DNA from: Nemertoderma westbladi
Lineage: Eukaryota; Animalia; Xenacoelomorpha
Direction: 5' to 3'
Length of the DNA: 64,000 nucleotides
Assembly: GCA_032718475.1 (NCBI GenBank)
Contig: JAUCBJ010006039.1
Coordinates: 21,680 to 85,679, forward strand
Below the pieces are notes generated by a model, which saw only the letters and a list, made by a program, of their open reading frames with translations, did no database searches and was not told the origin of the DNA. A program made the position numbers and the translations under genes. Positions 1 to 13,675 of this stretch are shown here, in pieces (the stretch's first letter is position 1; every line of letters begins with the position of its first letter).

Positions 1-678
1 ACACCACACTCCTCAGATAATGACAATCTTAGCTCCAATGTAGATCAATGGAGATATTGCCCCAAGAAGTTTAATCCAACGGACATCGCTTCCAGAGGAG
101 CAACTCCTCAAGAACTGACAGATACTATAGACCGGTTAGGTGAACCCGACTTCCTGAGTAAGGAGAATGAATGGCCTCCCCATCTTACTCCGACTGAGAT
201 TAGACCAGCCAAGGGAGCGGAGAAAGTCGAACCTGAAACCCGGACGGGTGGATCGGAGTTATTTGAACCCGGGATAGATCTGTCGGTATTACATGTTGCC
301 AGGGACGACGCCGTGGATCTGGACCTCCCCTCCGCGAGTGGATCCTTCATGAAGATCAGAGAGAGCGATTGGAGCTCTGGAACATCAGACGTCTCGCAGG
401 GACTCTCACCTCTCCTGCAGAGAGCGACGGACCACTATAGCTCCTGGAATCGGCTTTGTGACGCCGTCATACACTTTGAGCGATGTTTCTATCGTCACTA
501 TTCCAGGACGAAGAGGAAACCTGGAATTGTATTCAGGATGCAGCGACTCAATCACCCAGTCGGTCGTTTGTGTTTATCGGAAGGGAATGGAGGACTCTCC
601 GGAAACTGTGGAAGGCAAGATTCTCTTCCCACGACCACCTCCCTAATCCTTCAAACATCTAGGGACTCCATAACGTAA
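1..678 (+). mobile_element. BEL/Pao LTR retrotransposon pol 3' remnant (end of RNase H region; integrase apparently deleted); runs off the window start
   Basis: Frame 1 is open from 1 to 678. It translates QWRYCPKKFNPTDIASRGATPQEL...PDFLSKENEWP, matching the Pao motif W-R-x-x-P-x-x-x-N-P-A-D-x-A-S-R-G...P-x-x-L...W-P. Next comes HYSSWNRL (Pao 'SSW.RL' motif), then RLNHPVGRLCL, resembling the 'RP..kLc.L' pol terminus. No DDE integrase core lies between them. Confidence 0.8.
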
Positions 679-696
679 CAACATATGGAGTGGGTG

Positions 697-1006
697 TGTG
701 ACTCTATTATTTTATATTATTATTATTATTTTTATATTTATGTATGTATTACTATGTAATTTTATTATAATCGTTTTATTTAATTTAGTAGAATATTATT
801 TAGCGATTATTTTGTAGAATAGTGCAATATATTCGTGTTTATTACGTACGTCATTACTTATATTATATTTAGTGCGACGGCGAAGAGATAATTATTTTTT
901 CTCTTTCCTTACTGTCCGTATTATATTATAAATACGTAACTACAGTAAGATGAAATGTCTGTACTTATTAAAGTACAATAAAGCCACTACTATATTTAAG
1001 TATTAT
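697..1006 (+). mobile_element. Putative LTR of the BEL/Pao element (right boundary uncertain)
   Basis: A purine-rich tract GGAGTGGGTG (687-696) follows the pol stop and precedes TGTGAC. The body is AT-rich with AATAAA near 977. No second copy is present in the window to confirm it. Confidence 0.45.
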
Positions 1007-1225
1007 TGGTAGGCAGAGTATTAGGAATGCAAAGTTCAGATCCTCGTGTCTCGGCTAAACCAAGCTCTGGGTAGACCTTGGAAACGACTTGCCTCTTCAC
1101 ACTGACATTGCTTCGTGCGATATTGCTCTCATACCGTATATTAAATAATACATATAGTAGCGTGATGTCCCTTTAACAGTAGCGTATAACGCAAAATAAA
1201 TCTGTTAAACCCTTTGACCATCTGT

Positions 1226-1505
1226 AATTCTAGTCGATTAAGATATCGCGGCACCCACCGATATACTTGAAAGACAAATTCTAGAATCAGTGGTTAACGT
1301 CCCCAGACAAGTTCTGGAATAAATCGGTGCCCATCTCAAATATTAATTAGTTAATATTTACAAATCAAATAAGTCAAAATCTGTAAAATTCAGATCCTTC
1401 AGCAATTCTAGTCAATTAAGATATCGTAGCATTTACCGATATTCTTAAAAAGACAATTGTCATAGAATTAAGGATCTTGTGTCCCTAGACATGTTCTAGA
1501 ATCAA
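1226..1505. repeat. Diverged two-copy direct duplication (about 178-bp offset)
   Basis: AATTCTAGTCGATTAAGATATCG...CCGATAT...AAAGACAA...CCCAGACAAGTTCTGGAAT at about 1226 recurs with substitutions at about 1404. Confidence 0.7.
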
Positions 1506-2250
1506 AATATGTCCATTTAATTATCAAATAATAAAATTTCAGGGAATAAATTTAAATTCATGCCTTCTAATGAGTTTAATAAATTGCCATTTTTACGCAA
1601 TTTATAAAGTTCCCAAAATTCCATTAATTAATAGATCAAGGGAGCGGAGATTTATCTTATTATGCATATGAGTGTGCGAAAGTCTCCCAAACATAGTCAA
1701 TAGCCGATAAAATTCATAAAGTCATGTATAAAACAGAACATTGACTATTAAAGAATACTATTAAATAACATCCCAGATCTGTATGCATTGGAATCACCCT
1801 AATTCTACCGCTAGCTTTGCATAATGTCACCATAGCAACAACCACGCTAGAATTAGAATTGAGTTAAAAGAACAATAGAAAGCTTGTCCCATTGAATAGC
1901 ATAGGGAATAAATAGCGCACTACTAGTATCCAAGGATACATAATAATACAGTGACATTCTGGAAGGCATTGACTAACGGACAAGTGACCCTAGTGTGTGT
2001 AATTGGTGACAAGTTGTGTGTGTGGTACTTGTGAGTTTATAGGCGAATGTTACTACTAAGGTGTGTTTACAGTAGCCAGTCGCAATCGTAAAGTAACCTA
2101 ACTCTCCAAGGAAAACCTGAAGTACATCTAAGACTTTGGGACGGACAGTTGAGTGACTTGTGCCGGTTGTCGTTGTCGTTGTGCGGCTACGTCGTTGGCG
2201 AAAGTACAGCGGCGACACATCGGCGCTGAGGATCTCGTACTGTCCGGGGG

Positions 2251-3744
2251 TTGATTGGGGTAGGCGGCGACGCCCGCTCGCCTAAATGTGGACTCATTAT
2301 AATATGGATAAACTCACATATAGCAGATATGACGGAGTTGATAGAAGATGGTCTTAGTATCGGGGAGCGATATACTCTACCTTTACAAGCGTTTGTCGAT
2401 AGCTTGATATGCGGCGACGCTGATCCAACTACTACGGAGGACGATGGTCGTTATATCGAACCGCCAATGTCCCAGGAGCAACTTACGCGTGAATTGGATT
2501 ATAGAAAGTTCACTGCTCGATACACGCATCGTAATGGTACGTATATGGACTTCTTGACCACTGGTCATCCTATCGATTTACATAATACGGACTATGTCGA
2601 CTATATATCCTGCCCAGCGGAGTCGGAACCATAAACTGAAATTCGAATGCGAAAATTCTATTCGAAATCGACTCGAAAGAAAAGACACTAAAGAAACAAA
2701 TAAACGCGGTAACTCCAACGTATATTTAGAATTCTTGATAGAAGCATTGTAACAACAAATAAATATCACCCGCGTTTTCCCTACCAGACGTGCGTCTTTG
2801 GTATTATTACGAAAAATGCCCTAGATCCAGCCCATAAACGGAAAGACATAAACATCCACGTAAACCGAAACTTGTTGACGTATCACCTATGCTCACTCGG
2901 CTCGAACGATCCTGGAGTAAACCTACGATCAGAGTCCCGGAATACTCGGTCAAACCTCCTCATTCCTTAGTTGGACCTCAGACCTGCGATCTTGGTGGTG
3001 TCGCGGATCCTCGCGGACTGTATTCACTGTTCAAAGATCTAGTGCTACCCTAACAATTAATCGGTAACACTCCGACAGTGATTTCTAGCTAGCCGCCCAT
3101 CTTACCTAGCCGGATTGTGACGCGGACACCTAATATCACTACCCAACCGTATGGTCGTCCACGTTTAACGCGATACAACCCCTCATCAAGGTGAAGGAGA
3201 GCGTTGTACGAAACGAGTTAAACGCTATTTTATAAAGATCAAAAAGGAAACCTGCGTTTGTTCAGATAAACGTAAGTTATAACAGTGAGTCCAATCGATA
3301 CCCGAATTGGCCTTATCTCAATTCGATTGGGAACTCCAGAATCTCTAAGAAGTTATCGAACTTGGACAATCCTATTCTCTGCGAGAGTTTTTGGATGAAC
3401 GTATCCAGCTACGAGCGGAGGAAAATCAGCTCGAGGAGAAGCATATCGAAACGGCAGATACCTCGACCACAATCCTACACCTTCTGATGCAATCATATTG
3501 CACCCTTCACCCAGGAGTTATGGCCCTCCTAGTAAAGTGGCTCCCCCCAAAGAGAAAAGGACTCTTGCTAATCTTAAGAAACTGCGTAAACGCCGTCCGC
3601 GCAAGAAAGACTAACTGTTTAGAGTATCTTTGTGTTTTAGAAACTGTGATTTTTATATTTTATAGACTGAAAATCCCATTTTCTGGGAGCGGTGTAAAAG
3701 CCTTTGCTGAATTGCCCCGTTATTTTTATTATCTTTTACATTAA
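2251..3744 (+). other. Decayed coding-like sequence, probably transposon-derived, unidentified
   Basis: CpG-rich segment with broken protein-like ORFs (2251-2634; about 3301-3744, with an in-frame stop upstream of LDERIQLRAEENQLEEKH). I recognise no motif. Confidence 0.3.
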
Positions 3745-4908
3745 AATACTCTGTAGTTGATTTAATAAGTGTAAGAGACCGTATTATTACTGTATCGGTG
3801 TTTTTAGAGGATCTAAGACTTATTTCCTCCGTATGTGTACTGTGAAAGGTATATTTTATGATTCTATGGCAATTCGTGACGCAAAGGAGTGATAGCTACT
3901 CTTGAACAGTAGTTACTATGACTACGGTTAACAGCTGACATTCATACGTGTTGATTTCCTTTGTTCTACGGCGTCTCTTAGTTCAGTCAGCCAATGAGAG
4001 CGTTTTGTGGCTCCTTGTACAGAGAATTTCCGAGAAATGACGAAATGCCTATGTGCAGTGTTTATCATTCAGTCTTGAGCCAAAGAAAGAACGGCTTAGA
4101 AGTATTTTGTGCTGTACTGCTTTTTAGTCGTACACTAGTAGGTTTAATTATAAAGGGCATATATCCTTTAACGCAACTGACTACGGACCATGCACATGCC
4201 TATATCTCATTGCTGACATACCGGTACTGATTTGTTGTTTTATACTGCTATTTGCTGTCAGTTCTTCATAATATGGTTGATGAATAATTATATTTGGAAT
4301 AACGATAAATAACCCCGCAACCCAATATTCTTGATATACCGAAGGTAAGAGAGAAAGGTTACCAATAACGATTGTGACTTATGTTAAAGTGGTTTGAAGT
4401 GAATCTAATGTTATTTGATAGACCCTACATGAGTCAGCCTGTGTTCCTTTTATATATGACTAAAATCAGTGAAGATTGGCAGATTAGTGTGCAGTATTGT
4501 GCAGCATTGTGTATGAGTGAGTCTGTTAAAGAAGCAATTCCTAAAGAATGCGCCATATATGTGGATTATAATTAAGCCATATCGTTGTGAGTAGTTTAAG
4601 TCATAACTCTGTTTATGTAGATAAAGCGCCACGTCCTAAAGGAACTGTTAATATTACCGAAGGTGAATAATATTGTCAGAGATTATATAATACTGTCAGT
4701 CGAATAATACATTAGGCTTACATAGCAATAAAAATTAAACCGTCGAACCCAATCTCCCGGGAATATCCAGCGGGTGAATGGTCGCGCACGGATTGGTTTC
4801 GACTAGTGTAGTGAATCAAATACTTGTCATAGACTAAAAAGCGATTTATTATCTAGAAGACATTCTAATTTGGCGGGTTAAACTGCCAAAGGTCTGAAAG
4901 CGCGAACA

Positions 4909-6866
4909 GGGGCCCTTTCGATTACATGTAATACACAGTTTTATATTGGGGCCCTTTCGATTACATATAATCTACAGTTTTATATTGGGGCCCTTTCGAT
5001 TACATGTAATACACAGTTTTATATTGGGGCCCTTTCGATTACATATCATCTACAGTTTTATATTGGGTCCCTTTCGATTACATATAATCTACAGTTTTAT
5101 ATTGGGGCCCTTTCGATTACATATAATCTACAGTTTTATATTGGGGCCCTTTCGATTACATATAATCGACAGTTTTATATTGGGGCCCTTTCGATTACAT
5201 ATAATCTACAGTTTTATATTGGGGCCCTTTCGATTACATGTAATACACAGTTTTATATTGGGGCCCTTTCGATTACATGTAATACACAGTTTTATATTGG
5301 GGCCCTTTCGATTACATGTAATACACAGTTTTATATTGGGGCCCTTTCGATTACATATAATCTACAGTTTTATATTGGGGCCCTTTCGATTACATATAAT
5401 CTACAGTTTTATATTGGGGCCCTTTCGATTACATATAATCTACAGTTTTATATTGGGGCCCTTTCGATTACATGTAATGCACAGTTTTATATTGGGGCCT
5501 CTTCGATTACATGTAATACACAGTTTTATATTGGGGCCCTTTCGATTACATGTAATACACAGTTTTATATTGGGGCCCTTTCGATTACATATAATCTACA
5601 GTTTTATATTGGGGCCCTTTCGATTACATATAATCTACAGTTTTATATTGGGGCCCTTTCGATTACATATAATCTACAGTTTTATATTGGGGCCCTTTCG
5701 ATTACATATAATCTACAGTTTTATATTGGGGCCCTTTCGATTACATGTAATACACAGTTTTATATTGGGGCCTCTTCGATTACATGTAATACACAGTTTT
5801 ATATTGGGGCCCTTTCGATTACATGTAATACACAGTTTTATATTGGGGCCCTTTCGATTACATATAATCTACAGTTTTATATTGGGGCCCTTTCGATTAC
5901 ATATAATCTACAGTTTTATATTGGGGCCCTTTCGATTACATGTAATACACAGTTTTATATTGGGGCCTCTTCGATTACATGTAATACACACTTTTATATT
6001 GGGGCCCTTTCGATTACATGTAATACACAGTTTTATATTGGGGCCCTTTCGATTACATATAATCTACAGTTTTATATTGGGGCCCTTTCGATTACATATA
6101 ATCTACAGTTTTATATTGGGGCCCTTTCGATTACATATAATCTACAGTTTTATATTGGGGCCCTTTCGATTACATATAATCTACAGTTTTATATTGGGGC
6201 CCTTTCGATTACATATAATCTACAGTTTTATATCGGGGCCCTTTCGATTACATATAATCTACAGTTTTATATTGGGGCCCTTTCGATTACATGTAATACA
6301 GTTTTATATTGGGGCCCTTTCGATTACATGTAATACACAGTTTTATATTGGGGCCCTTTCGATTACATGTAATACACAGTTTTATATTGGGGCCCTTTCG
6401 ATTACATGTAATACACAGTTTTATATTGGGGCCCTTTCGATTACATGTAATACACAGTTTTATATCGGGGCCCTTTCGATTACATATAATCTACAGTTTT
6501 ATATTGGGGCCCTTTCGATTACATATAATCTACAGTTTTATATTGGGGCCCTTTCGATTACATATAATCTACAGTTTTATATTGGGGCCCTTTCGATTAC
6601 ATATAATCTACAGTTTTATATTGGGGCCCTTTCGATTACATGTAATACACAGTTTTATATTGGGGCCCTTTCGATTACATGTAATCTACAGTTTTATATT
6701 GGGGCCCTTTCGATTACATGTAATCTACAGTTTTATATTGGGGCCCTTTCGATTACATGTAATACACAGTTTTATATTGGGGCCCTTTCGATTACATGTA
6801 ATACACAGTTTTATATTGGGGCCCTTTCGATTACATATAATCTACAGTTTTATATTGGGGCCCTTT
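4909..6866. repeat. 39-bp tandem satellite, about 50 copies, two interspersed variant types
   Basis: Unit GGGGCCCTTTCGATTACAT(A/G)TAAT(CT/AC)ACAGTTTTATATT. One 2-bp deletion near 6300 explains the frame switch in the 649-aa artefactual ORF. Confidence 0.98.
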
Positions 6867-9800
6867 TGACACATGAAATTGACATCTTACAGTAGATCAA
6901 CAACACAGAAAAGTCCTTCGTAGTCTTATAGGTTGCCAACTATTTCAGCAATGACGCACTCTAAACAAATGTGTTACTAAACAAATCAACTATGAACCGC
7001 TCTGCACTTCGCGTATATGCCGTATGTATCGAATTTATTCCTAACATACAGTAACATTGCAAACATGGAAACATGTCTGAGTGAGTCTCCTACAGTACGT
7101 AATGTTAACAATAAGCGCTTCGTAGGTCTATCATCTGCACATGAGTCTGAACACGAACTTTCCCAATCCCAACCCTTTAATCGATGGCCACAATCTAATT
7201 TAGGATAATAACCTTCCTTAGCCTACTACAGGAGGTGAGGAATTGTAAATCGATAATAATCAAATCATATAATCTAAAATTAAACTGTCGATAATCAACA
7301 TTAATTAATGTTAAACGGTTGTTGGCGTTAGGCTTACAGAAAAGACGACAGCTATTAATTTGATATATTAATATTGTAATAAAAACAAATATAATTAACA
7401 CGATGTATATTAGACGTCTCAATGTGAATTGTCTCCAAAATGAACAGCGAGAAAAGTGAATATATGAGATACACAGTAACTGACTGCACATTGTAAGTTG
7501 CAATGGGATAGGATTGTTAGCTGGCCAACCCTGTTTGAATTGTAAATGAGAGCCTCTGTTGTTTAATTATATGAATCTGTGATTGGAGCGCTTTATGCAC
7601 TCAATGGCTGCGAGAATGTAGCAATACATCATCGGTGTTTCATTGATACCTTGAGTTTTGTTACCCCCTACAGTATGGCTGCCGCCCTACAGGCGCTCAT
7701 TTGAAGCTTTCATCCTAAACATAGAAATAGTGATGTAAAGTTTAGACGCCCTTCCTGGTTGTACCCCTAAACATTTATCCGATAAAACATGGTCGGATGT
7801 TGTGAACTGATTTATGGACTTGTCGACTACACGCGTTCTTAATAATATACTATCAGTTCAATGGCCATCTATTATCTTTATCGAAGTATCTTTATATGTA
7901 AATTCAACCCATTTTATCTGAAATTATTTAAATGTTATTAATTGTATGGACTGCATTCCGTTCAACCAGCGTCTACCTACATACATAGAGTACTTTATTT
8001 TATGAAAATAAATGTAAGCGAAGTAAAGTTAAAAAGATACCGGTAAATGGGAAACTGTAGGAAATAGTATGTCAGTTATATCCGCGTTGTTTCTTCGTTA
8101 TGTACAAGGATCGTAAACGTTGAATTTGTGCCTTTTTCACATTTTGACGTAACAATTTTTTCTTGTACGCAGCAAACCCAAACCTCGCCCGCGAGAAGCT
8201 TCGCCCGCGTCCAATCTTCGCCCGCAGAAATCTTCGCCGTTAAATGATATTGTATAAAGTTGTTCAGAAATTGAAAAGATGAGAAAGCGCTCCTACGGGG
8301 GTTGAACCTAGCGCTATACGTACACTACGTTTCGGCCTATCAAGCCTATTCAGTAGCGCTAATCTAAAGTGTTAACAAGGTTAAGTAGTAATCTCAATAA
8401 ATAGGACCCAGCAGGTGGGCGGAGTGGAACTACTGTGATTGGTTCTTGTTCTTGACTAACGTTGGTAAGAACTAGCAGTAAATCTTAGATTAGCTTTTTT
8501 CAGTTCACATGTTTATAATCATACTGTAAACACAAAATGATTCAATTATTCCTTTTTGCAGTATACCGGATGGGTGCTAGCGAGGTAGGCCTAGCAGGTC
8601 TTTAGTCTGTCACCCTACACGGCTACACGTTGGGTCTTTACTCTATCATGTGCGTAGTGCGTGCATCTATATGATGCAGACCATCCCGAGCCCGTGAACA
8701 TGAACTGAATAGGCTATCTCGAGGCTGATTTTTTACACATTTACTTGATACTTGCATGAATGCGTATTTGATGTAAAATTTCGTTATTCTGCAGTTGTTT
8801 TGTTATCGGCCAAATTACTGGTCAGCAAGCAGGAAATTATAACAGCAGTTGCATCATCGTACCCACTCTATTCTAACTGACACTTTGCAGAAGAAATTCT
8901 ACCTGACTATAGGCTGCGTGTTGGGAGGACGCCGACTAGTTTGCGGTTCTTCAGTCTGCCACTAGGAGGCGAAATGTCTGAAGTGAAAATCTTATCCTAT
9001 TTTGTTATTAATAATGATTTTTAGCTGATACTTAGGTCCTTTACACAATAAGTTTATAATGTTTTTTTTGCTGATACCAAGCAGAGTATACTACACCGTA
9101 GTCAGTGCCGGATTAACCTTAAGGCATCTAAGGGCCTTAGGGCCAGCGGAAAATACGGGCCATTTTTTCTCAGCGAGTCATTACTGTGAAAAAAAATATT
9201 TTTATCTGAAAAGTCCACATTTTTTCTCACTAAAATTTCTAGAAAACAGAGCAAGAAAGTGTATCTTTCGACTACTTTCTATCCCTAAATTTGTGATAGA
9301 AAGTGCAAAATTCTAGCTCAGTCGACCAACAGGTGCTGTGTTATTAGTTCGAGACCTGATGGCAGGAAAATGCTAATTACTGAACTATGAACATTGGAGA
9401 ATTTAATTTTATTTATTCGTGGGGAATTAATTGTAGTTATACTCTTAAACTTTATAGAACAACCAAATAATGACGTGGTGACATGGAAATACTGTACATA
9501 GTAAATGTATGGCGTGGAGATATGGTAGTGCGAAATTAATTTTTTTTACCGGAAACGAGTTTTATAAATATAGGCCCTAATAGATAAAAAAAAATGATAA
9601 AATAGTTGTTGATAAAAAAAAAAACGTGTCAAAAATAACTTCTTGTCACTACTGTAATTTAATTTAACCGAAATTCAGATGTTCTGCCCTCGTGTATTGC
9701 ATTTTGCATTATTGCATTCGATGGCATTTTAGGTGCAATTCCTGCAAAACCGAAAACTCTCGGACAGCATAATTTAATTTGGTAAATTAAAATTAGTGAC

Positions 9801-11429
9801 AAAAAGTGCTCATTTCCGAGACTGTTCTCTATCGAAGAACATTACTTTCTCAGCAAGTCCAAATATAGATCAGAAATATTATATCTTTGCACTAAGCCCC
9901 ACACTTTTGGTGTGTTATATTTCCAAGCAAGTCCTGTAATGATAAGTATACAGTATACCCTGCGAAACCTACCCTACTGTACAGCAAATAAATAATACAT
10001 TCCCACGATCCGATCAAAATTGCTAAATGCTTAAGGGGGCCAACAATAACCCCCGCAGAAATGAAATTTACGAAAATTTACACAATTTTTTGTAGTTTGA
10101 TAGAAGGGCTTTCATAAGGTGATAACGGTTTTCAACATTGAATTATTTTTGACCTCAAAACTGCTCTTTTCAACAACATAATAATATTGCGGATATTTAT
10201 GACTCTCTGTATAACACAACCTTTTTATCAGTTTGTCGATTTTGACTTTTTTCCTCACTAAATTCCCTACTACTTTTTTATTTTTTACTCAATTTCCATC
10301 AAACCTATACCAAAATGTTCAGCAGCTTTAGGACTACAATCGTTGGTTTTGTAAAACATGGCTGGCCGTTTGAATCTTCTAGAACCGATTTTGTAACTGC
10401 TACACTTTGTCTATCACAAAATATTTGATTCCCAAAATATAGCCCGGAAATACTAAAACCCCCATAAATTTTTCAAAAACAATAATTTTGTGCTAAAATT
10501 TTCATAGAAGATGGCCTACATATCTAGGTCCATTTTAGCAAAGTCTTGGACCAAGAACTTCAATGCAGGTGGTATTACAGATCCTTAAACATGAGCTAAT
10601 TTACATATACTGTAATTGTCTCAAAATTTATACAAATTTTGAAAAAAACCGACCTGTTCAAAAAGTGCCATATTTTTCGAAGAAACGGTTTATATCAGTT
10701 TTCATAGTATATAAAAGATAACAGATCATTGTGTTAAAGTTTCAGAATAGTAGCTTCGCCACAAAGGAGGTTAAAACTTTGTTTTCTCCATAGAGGCAGC
10801 ATAGAGGAAAGTTTAACGTCGGTTGTGGCGATTTTATCATCAAATTATTTGAACTGACCCAAACTGGACCTACAGTGTATAGTATTATACTGAGAAACTG
10901 AAAGTACTTTGTACCGGTAGCGGTACCCATCTGTACCTCCTGGTACCATCGTATGTATATCAGCACATCTAGGCAGCTAGGCATGCTGACATGCAGGACA
11001 TAAATTCAGGTTTTACTTAATTAATAAATTAATTAAACATTTAAGTCAAATATTTTCTTTCCGTTTTTCTTCACAATCTTCGTAAATTGTATTTCCAGAT
11101 CTTTTCGCCACACTGCCACACAGCCACACCGTTGTTGTGATATGAATAAGTCCGATATAACTCCGTACTGCCTACTTCCCCATTTGGGTAGGTACGTTTG
11201 CGTTTGGCTGTTTGGATCCGTTTGGGTAGGGTACCGTTGGGGTTTTTAGTCCTACCGCCATATATTAAGATCGGAAATGTCGTAATGTAGCCGGTAGTGT
11301 AGCAGTGTAGCCTACAGCAGTACATTACAGTACAGCTACTGCCTGACTGCTGTACTGAGCTAAGTGCATAGGCAGATAGGTACTGGTACTACTGGTACAC
11401 TGGTACAGGCTCCTGGGCTTATGTATTTA

Positions 11430-12690
11430 CCTATCCCGATCGGGATATATGAATATATCCCGATCGGGATATTTACATATCCCGATCGGGATATAGGGCC
11501 TATTCATCCTTTCCAAAAGGCGACCTAAACTATAAAAAAGCGACCCAAACAGCCAAATGGCGCCATTCAGGCATTCAGCAGATACCGGTAGATCAGAAAA
11601 AATCTGAAAATGGGGTATATTCGTTTGTGCCCCGCAAAGTGGTGTCAGGGCTTTCAAAATATATTGCAGAGTGAAAATCATATAGGCCTATTTTGTAAAT
11701 ATCCCGATCGGGATATATATTGTGGTCAGGCTGTCAGGTGGTAGGCTAATCATGAGACATGAGCAGATCAGCAGATGAGATGATTGTATTTTTTTGTATT
11801 TATAATGTATAAGTGTACCATTACTGGATTAGGAGGGCAGCTGGGTAGAGGGTGTGTGTAACTACTACCAGACAGCCAGAACCAGACTACAAACAGACAG
11901 ACAGAGAATACTGCAGTTTAGTGTGTAGTGCCGGGCCGGTACTGTATCTGCGGTAGGCAGATACTACCTGACTACTGTACTATGAAATCTCAACAGTTTG
12001 TTACAGTATCCCATATAGGCTACATCGCGAAGGTCTCTTAAATGTTTCAACAGATTGTTTCAGTATTAAACGTGCTGCACGAAGGTCTCTTAAACGTTTG
12101 AACAGATTGTTTCAGTATCTCACATACTGACATACTGCGCCCAAAGGTCCCTTACGTTTCAATAGATTGTTTCAGTATCCAACGCTGCAACGTGCTGCAT
12201 GAAGGTCTCTTAAACGTTTCAATAGATTGTTTGGTTTCAGTATCCAAATCCAATGTGCTGCATGAAGGTCTCTTAAACGTTTCACCAGATTGTTCTCTCT
12301 TACACATTTCAACGAATTGTTTCAGTACCGGTATCCCATATACTGCATACTTGGGAGAAGGTATCTTAAATGTTTGTTACGGTACCCTACCCAGGTACCC
12401 CACGTACAGACGTATGTGCTGCATGAAGGTATCTTAATTTTCTTATATTTTCTTCACGTTTTTTTAGGTGGATTTAGTTGGTTAGCAGTGCAGACTTCAC
12501 TTCACATTCTAATAATAGTCCTATTTATTGACATTCTAGTTTTCCAAATATACTGTAGTTTTACATAGTAGAGTAGAATATACAGTAGTAAATGACAGTT
12601 ATGTTATATCCCGATCGGGATATATTACCTTATAAGGGTATATCCCGATCGGGATATATTTATATATCCCGATCGGGATAGGGAACCCTA
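11430..12690. mobile_element. Non-autonomous hAT-like element with subterminal ATCCCGATCGGGAT palindromes
   Basis: The right end ...CGGGATAGGGAACCCTA is TAGGG.. in reverse complement, a hAT-type terminus. The left arm CCTATCCCGATCGGGATATATGAATATATCCCGATCGGGATAT is its inverted copy. There are seven 14-bp palindromes. The 8-mer after the right end (CTGACTGC) also occurs at 11343-11350. Confidence 0.7.
11990..12440. repeat. Degenerate ~50-bp tandem repeat inside the hAT-like element
   Basis: Recurring GTGCTGCATGAAGGTCTCTTAAACGTTTCAA(C/T)AGATTGTTTCAGTATCC, about 7 diverged copies. Confidence 0.75.
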
Positions 12691-13094
12691 CTGACTGCAG
12701 AACTGTCAGACGATGGACGAGGATAGGACGATAAACTGAAATATCTTTTAACAGTTTAAGTTCTGAAGTTCCATCAATTTAATGAAACAATATTTTCGCC
12801 TCCGTTTTCAGTTTTTATATTTTATATTTTCCGTGCATATATTATATACTGTCAGACTGAGGCCTATTTATGTTACTAATTTTAGATAGGGCCCTATATC
12901 TTTTTAAATAGGCCTATGCTAGTAAGAGTAACTATTTTTAGATATTCATTTTAAATATTTTTAGATAAGCTTGTTCAGTTGTTAGCCTAACAAGCTTTTA
13001 GGCCTAGCGCCTAGGCCTATGGCTTGGGGAGGGGGGGATTAACATAACTCTTAATTATTTTTTGCGTTAAATTTCAGTTGTAATTATATATTTG

Positions 13095-13675
13095 CTCTAT
13101 TTGCTGCTTTATTTCATTTATTTTTTAAATTACATACTACGGTCTACCATATTTTAATCCGTAATGTTTTATTACGTCATAACTATTGTTTTTTTTTTCT
13201 TATTTTCTTTTTACCTAAGTTTTACATATCTCGATTTTACGACCTATTCGAGCTGCTTTATTTTTAAATTACGGTCTACCATACTTTATTCCTTGTGTGT
13301 GTATCTCTGTACTTCATAACTATTGCTATATTTACTGCCTATGTTTTACATAACTCGATTTTATGACATATTTGCTGCTTTATTTTTAAATTCTTTCTGT
13401 TATATTTTTAAATTTTTAACTGAACTACGGTCTACCAGATTTTAATTATTTGCTCTGTTATATTTCTATCTGCACCAGAACTTATATTTTTTATTTTTTT
13501 TATTTTTTTAAATTATGTACTATGTCTTCCATATTTTATTTCTTTGTGTCAGTCGGAACATCATAAATATTGCTATATCTATAACTTAATTTTTTAGTGT
13601 TTTCCATATTTCGAATTGCTGTTATATTTTTTAATTACGTAGGTACTGTACTATGGTCTACCATATTTTATTTAG
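13095..13675. repeat. Old degenerate ~120-150-bp tandem repeat
   Basis: Recurring GCTGCTTTATTT...AATTAC...ACGGTCTACCATATTTTA motif, about 5 copies. Confidence 0.6.

Noticed and set aside
4741-4808. Helitron 3' end (TCGAACCCAATC...GATTGGTTTCGA then CTAGT) upstream of the 39-bp array
   Set aside because: The hairpin geometry is atypical, no 5' end is identifiable, and a link to the array cannot be shown.
4946-6895. 649-aa repetitive ORF
   Set aside because: A stop-free frame of a 39-bp satellite with a TTG start and a mid-array frameshift; no non-repetitive domain.
9100-10880. Discrete DNA transposons (hAT-like CAGTGCCGGATTAACC at ~9103; TTAA-GGGGGCC at ~10031)
   Set aside because: Only single ends are visible, with no matching TIR or TSD; probably decayed fragments.
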